Shown here: piece by piece, positions 23,298 through 32,915 of the stretch
How positions within the stretch are numbered: position 1 is the stretch's first letter
Layout: each line of letters begins with the position of its first letter
Assembly (NCBI GenBank): GCA_002269645.1
Contig: NIVC01004800.1
Coordinates: 1-34,854, forward strand
Direction of reading: 5' to 3'
Length of the DNA: 34,854 nt
From: Macrostomum lignano
Lineage: Eukaryota
Translations under genes and position numbers: made by a program
Notes under the pieces: generated by a model
The model's input: only the letters and a program-made list of their open reading frames with translations
Told to the model about the DNA's origin: nothing
Database searches by the model: none

Positions 23298-23481
23298 GTG
23301 GCAATGGCATAAGGCATGGCCAGCCAGGCCAAACCGCCACCCCCCAATTGAAATTCCTGGCTACGCCACTGAGAGGGACTGGCGGGAAGGGAAGAGAGGG
23401 GGGAAACATATAGAGCTCTGCAATGATTTCCTTTCAATTAAATACTATACTAACTAATCCTATTTGCTTTAACGCTTTCAG

Positions 23482-25101
23482 GAGGCAAGCAAACGCTCTG
23501 AGAAGCAGAAAGTGGCCCAAGCAAAGAAAACGGTTGCCGCACCTGCTCCTCCTAACTCGGCGCCACTGCAGCTGCAGCCTCTGCCACTGCCCCAGCTGCA
23601 GACGATCCGTCAGGACCAGCTGCCAGTTCTAGTCGCTGCAACTCCAGCAATCGCCTACGGCAGCGTTCGCGGCGGAGTTGGCGTTACTAGCAACGCCACC
23701 ATTGCTGGCATGCAGCTGGATTTGAGTTCGGTGCCAAAAGTCACTTCTAGGATGCCGTATACTACTGTAGGTAATCAGCCTCTGCAACCGCATCGGCAGT
23801 TGACCCAGCAGCACAATCAGGTTGGCTCGCAGCTGCACAATCGTCATCAATTGCAGCAATTGCAACAGATGCAGCAACAGCAACGGCGGCAGCAGCAGCC
23901 GCAGCAGGTAGCGGCGCCAGCAGCAGCTGCCGGCCAAGCTAGTGTAACCCAGCGCACCGAGCTGTGGTACAAGCAGAATGTTCGCATAGAGACAATCCTA
24001 TCCGACATCGAATCCGTTGACGTGCGCAATATTGGCACAGCGCTTAATGCCACAGTGTCCCTATTGCAGGGTATGATGCGCCAATACAGCCGGTTCATGC
24101 AGGATCTCACTGCCGCCACTACTCTTGCAGACAAGTCGCAGATTGTATCCCGATTTAAAAGCGCCTACCGGATGCACCTGTTCCTACGGCTTGGCAAACT
24201 GCGCAGCCTTATCGCCGAGGAGGATAAGCACGCCCAGCGCAGGAGTGGCAAAACCAGAGGATCCGTGATCGATTTAACTGGGCCTTCGGCTGCGACCGTT
24301 TCGCGACCCGTGCACCAGCCAGGTCTGCGGATTCCGCAGTCTCGGCCGGCGCCTCCTGCACAGCCTATTATTCATCAGTCAGCAGGGCCGGTCGTGTCGC
24401 GCCATCAGCAGCAGCAGCAGCAAGCGCAGCAACGTCGCAGCATTCAGGCGCAGCGCCAAGCTCCGTGTCCAACACCCGAGAGGCCAGCAGCGGTGCCTCC
24501 CGATATGGTTGTCGTGCTGAGCGACGATGATGACGATGAGGAGAACAATAATAACGGCGGTGTCAGACACGACGGCGCTGTTGAGTCATCGGACAAAGAG
24601 GCCCAGCAGCAGTCTGAGGAGGCGCCCGCGTCGGTTGCTCCACCAGTGACTGGCGGCGGCAAGCCTGCAGCCATTCTTGAACTGCTTGAGGCGCGCAAAC
24701 GGCGTGAAAAATGCGCCAGAAAGCTGCAACAGCCACGTCGAATTCCTGCCGCCGAGGCCGAATCTTCTGCAGCCTCGGCGGCGTCGCCATCGATAGATTC
24801 GGCTGCCGACGAAGTGACTACGGCGAACGGCGACACTAATAGCAACGAAGCTGACGCTGTGCAGGAAGACACGTCGCCTCCTGATCCTGACCAGACTGCC
24901 AGCGCCGTGAAACGACGAATCGCGTCTGCAGACGAGGCCGAAGCCGCTATGGAAGATGCCGCAGGGATTGGAGATGGGGACTGGTCAGATTCGGGACCGC
25001 CAAGCGAGAAGCGGCCGCGGAATCAGCTTCAAGAGATCAATACGGAACCGGCGCATGACGTTGCGACAGCATCGGCAGCCGCAGGGAGTTCAGCCGCTTG
25101 A
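23482..25101 (+). CDS. ADD-domain protein exon 3 (Q/P/A-rich, helical segment, SIM-like motifs; spliced protein 758 aa)
   Basis: Acceptor TTTCAG|GAG is in frame with exon 2 and with the 529-aa ORF. Motifs VIDLT and VVVLSDDDDDEE. Stop TGA at 25099-25101. No helicase motifs. Confidence 0.8.
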   Translation, partial: EASKRSEKQKVAQAKKTVAAPAPPNSAPLQLQPLPLPQLQTIRQDQLPVLVAATPAIAYGSVRGGVGVTSNATIAGMQLDLSSVPKVTSRMPYTTVGNQPLQPHRQLTQQHNQVGSQLHNRHQLQQLQQMQQQQRRQQQPQQVAAPAAAAGQASVTQRTELWYKQNVRIETILSDIESVDVRNIGTALNATVSLLQGMMRQYSRFMQDLTAATTLADKSQIVSRFKSAYRMHLFLRLGKLRSLIAEEDKHAQRRSGKTRGSVIDLTGPSAATVSRPVHQPGLRIPQSRPAPPAQPIIHQSAGPVVSRHQQQQQQAQQRRSIQAQRQAPCPTPERPAAVPPDMVVVLSDDDDDEENNNNGGVRHDGAVESSDKEAQQQSEEAPASVAPPVTGGGKPAAILELLEARKRREKCARKLQQPRRIPAAEAESSAASAASPSIDSAADEVTTANGDTNSNEADAVQEDTSPPDPDQTASAVKRRIASADEAEAAMEDAAGIGDGDWSDSGPPSEKRPRNQLQEINTEPAHDVATASAAAGSSAA

Positions 25102-28100
25102 TGAGATCTGGGTATCTAGTAGACTTGATTTTATTACCAATCATAATAGGTGCAATTTTATCTGTCTGATAGTTGATTTTCATTGAAAATTAAAGCATGG
25201 CTGATTAATCTGTGTCTCTTATTATCAACTGTTTATCAACGTTTTCATGTTGTAACTTCTCATATTTGTTTGGCATCTTTGCGTTTTCAGCGTTTTTCTT
25301 TCGTTGTTTTTATATTAATATGGTGTAATAGATTTCTAAGAGTGAGCCCGCTAGAATCCAGATCACTGGTTTGGCCCCTGTGCAATATAACCCCAATCCT
25401 GTATAGGCGAGTGACGCATTGCAGCAGCATATCTTATTATCCTACCTGTTGTTACAAAAACCTAACTGCTCACAATACTCCCCGCTCTAGTTATGTAAGT
25501 ATAATAAAAATGACTGTTTATTTGAAGTGTATTTGCTAACCTTCTGCACTGTTATTACTTGTAATAACAATCTGTTTTGTTGCCTACTCTGTATTTGATT
25601 TGTCCAATTATCTAGCTTGTCCCGCACTGCACAAATTAATGCACGGATTTAGTTAGTTTGCAGGAAATTCTGTGTAATTGTTTCGCTAAGGACATTATAC
25701 TTCACTATAAGTACATAGTTCGATATGCATATGAGTAATTGATCTCAGTGGCACATAGTTTGCGTTTCAATTGCATAACATTGCGTACTATAATTACCCC
25801 TATCCATTAAAACTAATGTCCTATTGAAAACAATACAATACATGCTTTGTCTGGATTTTAAAGGTATAAGCTTCTAAAAGTACAAAATTTGTGACATGTG
25901 TTTCCCTGCAGTTAAAATTAAATAAATCACTACGTATTCACTTTTCGCTAATTTATAATACAATTTACCTAGCACAAACAAAGAATTCAGAAATCCAGAT
26001 GACAGTTTCAGAAAATTTCCCTATTCAGTTTGGATCGGTAGAAACTCCTACGACTATCTCGGCTATGTAAAGTTTTCTTTGCTTATGACTAGACCAGTCT
26101 TAAGGCTTAGAACTCAAAGCAGGTATTTCTTTATTTCTTCATTGTTCTTTTTTTCTAACCAATTTCATCCAGATTTTTGTGTGGCATCTGCTTGCTCTGT
26201 TTATAAACATTTACGTGTTTTTATAAACGAAGTTAATTCTTATGTGGCGGCACCGTGAGTGCACAATATAGCTTTGTAAAATAATACAAAATCTGCGTGT
26301 TCTAATTTGATGTTGCTTTATAAAATATAAATCAAATCTAACGTATAAACATTTTACTGCGAATACTATTGCTGTGGATGAATACACAACTCCCAGTTAT
26401 AAATCGTACATGGCAGAATAAAATGCATTTTTCATTATTATTGCTCATGCCTCATTATGTTCTACAATAAGCGTATACATGTACGTATACATCTACATAT
26501 ACATGCGTATGAGTACATGGTACATGTACGTAAAGTAACTGTATGCTCACAAATGCCAATACAATAGACCACGTGAATCCGAGATACTGAAGAGCACTCA
26601 ACAATAATTAGAAAAATACACGCTCTAGTATTTTAGCCAGAGTTTTCTTTGCCAGGGAACATCGTGAACACTTTATCGTGTCCTTTAAAAGTTTTGCGCC
26701 ATCTTGTGGCGCCCCGATAAGAACATGCATCATCATACTTGTACATAGACCGTAATACCTGGAGAATTAATTGACAATTCATCTCTTTTATTCATTAAAT
26801 GATTACATTAAAAATAATTTATTCCGAAACGAAGCAACTGCCTGTTTAGTAGATTATACGTTTTTGTTATAGCCTGTTACAATATTTCCTCATGGATCTT
26901 TTTAAAAACAGAAATGCTTCGTAGAATATTGAGAAAAAATATTACGCAGAACAATTATGTTTGTGCAAAAAGCGAAAAGTGTAAAAGAATACTATTGACA
27001 TACGCGAAAAATATTGTAGGTATCTATTTGTACATGCAATTATTTTATATTCGTAATTCATCTTATCTGAACCCAAATTAATCTTACCTGAGTCGAGAGT
27101 CATGAGTTATTTTAACTAGTGACGCGGCCCCCGCGGCGACGCCTGCTCCACTCTTATCGACTTTCGGACTATTATTTATGAATAGTATGACCTACCCATC
27201 ACATGCACTAGAGCACCACATTCTTTAGAAATAAATAATTGGCAACCAAACTGATAAATGAGGCTTGCAGTCTATATATTTGGTAAATATAATGTGACTA
27301 TATGCAATATATAAGGCTAAGGCAAACAAACTTTGTGTACAAAGTAAGTATATATTTATAGCTATGCCAATAATATACTATATAGTATAAACCCAAAATG
27401 AGACTGGTATAACTTTAGGTTTTGCTTGAATAAAATATAATATTTTTTGTGCAATAGAGATACTAGTCTATCTATAGGAGTATAGCATAATCCATAGTCC
27501 CGAGTATGCTTAATGCATGCAAAAATAATTTTTGCCCTTGCACGCCGCACACGGGAGGTCAAATCACATATACACCCCATGCACGCCGAGCTAAATGACT
27601 TTAAATTTTTTAATTTAAATTTTAGATCTTTTAGATTTAATTTTTAATGAGAGATTTAAAATTCAAATAAAGAAAAGAAACTATCCATAGTAAACTAGGA
27701 CAGGTGAGTGGCAGCAAGGGATCTAGATCTACCAATCTATCTATGTAAGTGGTAAGCTTTGCATTGAATAATTAATGCAAGACACACTTTCAAATAAAAA
27801 CGAAAAAAAAAAACACTTTGACAAAATATTATAGTTTGTATTTATTATATACTGTTTTATAATGCCTGAAAATTGTATTGCCTCACGCAAAAATTGTTTT
27901 CCTTATTGCAGATACACAGAAAGATCTCTCGTTATGCACATTGTGTTATTATTGTAAGACATTCAATTTAAAATAAAAAAAACTTGTCATTACCAAAAAC
28001 GCGGAGTGAATAAAATATTTGCATGGCGCATGCTAAAATAATTTCTGCCTCTTGGTTGCACGCCGTGCATGCCGCACATGGCTGCCTGGGAATTTGTTGC

Positions 28101-28695
28101 ACGCGAGAATTTTCCCCACAAAACAGCATCTTCGGGAGTATGGAGCATAATAGCATCTTGACTTTCAAAATTGCATTTTCCAATTAGACCTTGGATATAA
28201 GTTTGAATCCTAATACTAGCAAAAAACCTATGTTAGTTTTTTTTAGGTTTTTTATGCAATAAGGACCAAATTGCATCTTAAAAATAAACTTTGTATACAA
28301 CAATTTTGCTTCTTAGTGCTAGTAAAAACCTTGCTTTCAAGCATATTACTAGAGAGTTATGCTTGAAGTTTTTTATTTTATTCCTATATTTTTATTCTAT
28401 CCTTAATTTAATTTTAATGACTAATAATGACTAGTTAATTTATTATTATAATTGGGTAGATAATATCAATATATATATATTGGATATAACCACTATGCTA
28501 ATTAGTACAAAGATTATAAGTAGCTATTAAACAAATTAAACAATCAGTTATAATAAATAGCCAAAAATAGAGGTAGGCAGTAGAAGTGTATTATGATAGT
28601 AGAACTTTTGAAAGGTTAAATTTTTTTAAGTAAATAAAAAAGTAATTTTTTATCTAACAACAAGTATAATATAGTGTTCCGCCATAGCTGTAGCT

Positions 28696-29436
28696 ATGGC
28701 TACGGGATCCTACGGCAAATATGGTAAAATACGCCATCAATCATTGGAACATTCCGCAGCTCCGCTGTGCAGCGCCATGCCAACTGGCGCGCGCACAGTG
28801 TCGGGCAGCGCCACTCCAAGTGGCGCTACTCCGCCGCCATCGGAGCAGTTGATCACGCTGACTCCACCGTCGCCGCTGCCCCAACGCTGCCACCTTCGCC
28901 GCCGCCACTGCTGCAGCCGCAGCAACAACAGCAGCACGCGCCATCCTCCGCCGCCACTGGTGCCAGCAGTCTGGAGTCGGCCGCCTCGCCGGACCTGTTC
29001 GAAGCCTGTCGAGCTGGCGACCTGGCTCGGGTCAAGCGGCTGCTAGCGATGGGTCACAGCGCCCTGGCTCGCGACCCAGCTGGCCAGGGCAGCACTCCGC
29101 TGCACTTCGCCTCCGGCTTCGGTCGACGCGACGTTGCCGCCGCCCTGCTGCAGAGCGGCGCTCCGGTTAACGCGCGCGACGAAGGCGGCCTGGTGCCGCT
29201 GCACAATGCCTGCTCATTTGGCCACTGCGACGTTGTCAATCTGCTGTTGGACTCCGGCGCCGATCCTAATCTGAAGGACAACTGGGGCTACACGCCGTTG
29301 CACGAGGCCGCCGCCAAGGGTAAACTGGAGGCCTGCCTGCTGCTGCTGCAGCGGAAAGCGGATCCGTCCGCTAGGAATGCCGAAGGTCGGACGCCGCTCG
29401 ACTTGGCCGAGGTTGAGGCCAGACAGGTGCTCACTG
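28696..29436 (+). CDS. TNKS: Tankyrase first coding exon (S/P-rich N-terminus plus first ankyrin repeat cluster); apparent 1-bp frameshift at 28879-28882
   Basis: [57 protein letters not shown], ending VLTG| with donor GTAAGC at 29437. The ATG at 28696 is in a different frame from the ankyrin ORF. Confidence 0.88.
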
Positions 29437-29603
29437 GTAAGCTTTTAGGAGACTAATCTACCTGCGGGGTGTTTTGTCATTTTTGGATAGGCGTTGGGAC
29501 ACCTTGCCTGGGTTGTGAAGCTCTAGTTGTGCTCAGTTGACAGAGCCAAGAATTCTGCATGAATAAATTCCTGGATTCTGTTTTGAGAAACGGTTTTATT
29601 TGA

Positions 29604-30524
29604 ACTCATTTTGGCGCCGCAGGCAGGGCACTCATTTTGGCGCCGCAGGCAGGCACTCATTTTGGCGCCGCAGGCAGGGAACTCAGTTTGGCGCCGCAGG
29701 CAGGGAACTCATTTTGGCGCCGCAGACAGGGCACTCATTTTGGCGCCGCAGACAGGGAACTTATTTTGGCGCCGCAGACAGGGCACTCATTTTGGCGCCG
29801 CAGGCAGAGCACTCACTCATTTTGGCGCCGCAGGCAGGGCACTCATTTTGGCGCCGCAGTCAGAGCACTCATTTTGGCGCCGCAGGCAGAGCACTCACTC
29901 TTTTTGGCGCCGCAGGCAGGGAACTCATTTTGGCGCCGCAGACAGGGCACTCATTTTGGCGCCGCAGACAGGGCACTCATTTTGGCGCCGCAGGCAGGGC
30001 ACTCATTTTGGCGCCGCAGGCAGAGCACTCACTCATTTTGGCGCCGCAGGCAGAGCACTCATTTTGGCGCCGCAGACAGGGCACTCTGGCGCCGCAGGCA
30101 GGCACTCATTTTGGCGCCGCAGGCAGGGCACTCACTTTGGCGCCGCAGACAGCGCACTCATTTTGGCGCCGCAGGCAGGGAACTCATTTTGGCGCCGCAG
30201 ACAGGGCACTCATTTTGGCGCCGCAGACAGGGAACTTATTTTGGCGCCGCAGACAGGGCACTCATTTTGGCGCCGCAGGCAGGGCACTCATTTTGGCGCC
30301 GCAGGCAGAGCACTCACTCATTTTGGCGCCGCAGGCAGGGCACTCATTTTGGCGCCGCAGGCAGAGCACTCATTTTGGCGCCGCAGGCAGAGCACTCACT
30401 CTTTTTGGCGCCGCAGGCAGGGCACTCATTTTGGCGCCGCAGGCAGAGCACTCATTTTGGCGCCGCAGACAGGGCACTCATTTTGGCGCCGCAGGCAGGG
30501 CACTCATTTTGGCGCCGCAGACAG
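29604..30524. repeat. GC-rich minisatellite, ~26-bp unit CATTTTGGCGCCGCAGGCAGGGCACT (~35 units) in the tankyrase intron
   Basis: Direct tandem units with an invariant TGGCGCCGCAG core and length variants. Confidence 0.97.
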
Positions 30525-31056
30525 TCGCTAACTAGCAAATTAGCAAAAAGTGCGACTATCAAATAATGCTTCTATAAGAAAAATAGTTGGCCTTGAAACA
30601 GTGAAGCACCGACAACACATTCTCTTTTGAGCCATGCATCCTAGCATCTCATCAGGCACTTATTTTAAACCAATTTCAAGTCATTCTGGAGATTTCTTAT
30701 TTTTTTAAAATGTTTAATTTCCGTTTTTATTTCGCATTTTTACTACTGATCAAATTAGTAGCTAGTGTGTAATCTTCCACTTATTTTAAACATACTTTCT
30801 CGTCTAATTTGTCTTAGTAATGCATCACTATTATTTGTATAGATAACGGAGTGGCCATACTTCCTGTGTTGAAGGGAGCAGAAATGGCTGGCTATACAGT
30901 AGTCACTTCCTGTCGTAGTCCGGTAATCATGTCCGGCTTTGTGTCACACGATACTCAGAAGACATGTTCTAAACTTGGACTGTCTTAGTTATCATGGAAT
31001 CAATTAGGCCAGTAGGAAGCTATGCATCTTGATAGATCTGATATCTGATGCATATC

Positions 31057-31352
31057 GCAGGCAGGCAGGCAGGCAGGCAGACAGACACAAGACAGACAGG
31101 CAGGAAGACAGACAGACAGACAGGCAGACAGGCAGGCAGACAGACACAAGACAGACAGACAGGCAGGCAGACAGGCAGGCAGACAGACACAAGACAGACA
31201 GACAGACAGGCAGGCAGACAGACACAAGACAGACAGACAGACAGACAGACACATAAAGACAGACAGACAGACAGACAGAAAGACAGACAGGCACATAGAC
31301 AGACAGACAGACACATAGACAGACAGACAGACAGGCAGGCAGGCAGGCAGGC

Positions 31353-31411
<59 letters not shown>

Positions 31412-31508
31412 AAGACAGACAGACAGAAAGACAGACAGACACATAGACAGGCAGGCAGGCAGACAGACATACAGACAGACAGACAGGCAGGCAGACAGAC
31501 ACAAGACA
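31057..31508. repeat. Compound (CAGA/CAGG)n microsatellite
   Basis: Tetranucleotide array with ACAC/AAG interruptions. Confidence 0.97.
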
Positions 31509-31892
31509 CTAAAACACTAGGACAAATATATGCAAACCAAGTGGTGGCTCTTATTTGAGTACTTTAGCAGTGTCAAACAATGTCAGCGGTATAATAGCAT
31601 ACGCTTGTAGTTCAGAAAGTCATTTCACTGAGCTGATATCCGGATGTTTCTAAATTTTAATTGCTTTTTAAAGGAGCTGCTCCAGTTCTATTAGAATGCG
31701 AAGATTAGCGTTTTAAAACAAAGATAACAGTAAAACGGATACTATTTCACGACAGATAGGCAGAGTAATTGTCTTTCGCGTCACACAAATAATAATACCT
31801 GTATGTATAGTGATTAGCATTGAAAAATCATTAGCTCGTATTGATAAAAATCCGCATAACTTGGATAGAATCTGTTTTTTTTGTGCGTCAAT

Positions 31893-32915
31893 TCAACGCC
31901 CGGCCCGGGCCTGCACTAGCGTGGCCGCCTCCTGCGCGTACACCAGCGTCACCCGGTTAGTGTCCTCGGAGTAGCTCAGCCGCATCGGGAAGTACCGGTT
32001 GTTGCTGTCCACCTGTTTAGCCGCCGTCGCCGCCGCTGCAGCCGCTGTTGCGGCAGTTGCAGCTCTGGACGACCGTGGCGCCGGCGGCGTCGGGTTGTCA
32101 GTTTCAGCCGCTGCCGGCGGTGTCGAAACCGATGCTGCCGCTGCCGCCGCTGCGGCCGACGCAGCTCCGTCGATTTTATCGCGCAGCCCGGCCGCCGATC
32201 GCATCAGCTGATCGGACAGCTCCTGATCCTCGGCTTTGGCCTGATTTAGCCAGCTACGCAGCTCGAATTGTTGCGCGTTGCGCAGCACGGATCGAACGTC
32301 GACTGTGCCACTGACTACGACGCAACACTCGCTGGCGTGGTGCTTTGCCTTGGTCACCAGCAGGTTGATGCCGATGCCGCCGCAACGTCGCTTGACAGAA
32401 TCGGCCAGCCGATTCGCCGCGGCCTCGGCCTCGGCTTCGCCTGCGTCCGTCTGCAATTTTACGTCGTCTAGTTGGAAGTGCAGTTTAACAAAGTCCCGAT
32501 ATAGAATGGGATTCTTGCTGCCAACGTCGCCATAGTTGACGTGCACCGTCCAGCCGGGCTTGGCGCTGTTGCCCGCGTGCCCGTTCTCAACTGGGCTCTG
32601 GGTCTCGGTCTCAGAATAGTTGTATTCCGCTGGCGCCGCGGCTGCCTCTTCCCGACAGTGCCGCAGTCCCGTCCGATCTAATAGCACATAGTTTAATAAG
32701 CGCTTCTGCTCCGCGCTTGGCAGCACGCGTTCCAGATATTTGCTAACTCTGGCCCATTCGCGCCAGGTGAATTCTACCGACACCGCCGCCGTGTTGCCGC
32801 TGTCTGAGTTTATTACTTTGCTCTCGCTGACCCGACTGTCCGTGGTGTTCAGTTCGGCTAATAGCTTCTCTATGGTGGCCCGGCAATAGGCTTCGCCGCT
32901 CATTTGTTGGCCCAT
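31893..32915 (-). CDS. Intronless 340-aa protein of unknown function; MGxxxS N-myristoylation-like start
   Basis: Long GC-rich ORF with the same codon style and polyA tracts as the neighbouring genes. Start context GCAATATGG. No family recognised. Confidence 0.7.
   Translation of the reverse strand: MGQQMSGEAYCRATIEKLLAELNTTDSRVSESKVINSDSGNTAAVSVEFTWREWARVSKYLERVLPSAEQKRLLNYVLLDRTGLRHCREEAAAAPAEYNYSETETQSPVENGHAGNSAKPGWTVHVNYGDVGSKNPILYRDFVKLHFQLDDVKLQTDAGEAEAEAAANRLADSVKRRCGGIGINLLVTKAKHHASECCVVVSGTVDVRSVLRNAQQFELRSWLNQAKAEDQELSDQLMRSAAGLRDKIDGAASAAAAAAAASVSTPPAAAETDNPTPPAPRSSRAATAATAAAAAATAAKQVDSNNRYFPMRLSYSEDTNRVTLVYAQEAATLVQARAGR

Larger units (their letters stand above)
21912..23371. 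mobile_element. Composite non-autonomous TIR element filling most of ADD-gene intron 2
   Basis: Ends CAGTGGCATAGCCAGG / CCTGGCTACGCCACTG. Subterminal sequence shared with 7340-7513. No TSD found. Confidence 0.75.

Noticed and set aside
20768-29436. Telomere-themed cluster (ATRX-like ADD, TTAGGG tract, tankyrase)
   Set aside because: The ITS is transposon cargo. Co-location of two genes is not evidence of a functional cluster without synteny data.
12323-29436. Operon of four co-oriented genes
   Set aside because: Intergenic gaps of 1.7-3.6 kb contain repeat-like DNA, and there is no direct evidence of trans-splicing in the sequence.
21985-30524. CRISPR-like appearance of the modular satellite and the GGCGCCGCAG array
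   Set aside because: Eukaryotic context, no unique spacers and no cas genes; the variation is ordinary tandem-repeat drift.
29600-31509. Long ORFs in three frames over the GC satellite and the CAGA microsatellite
   Set aside because: Repeat units lacking stop codons; not protein-like.
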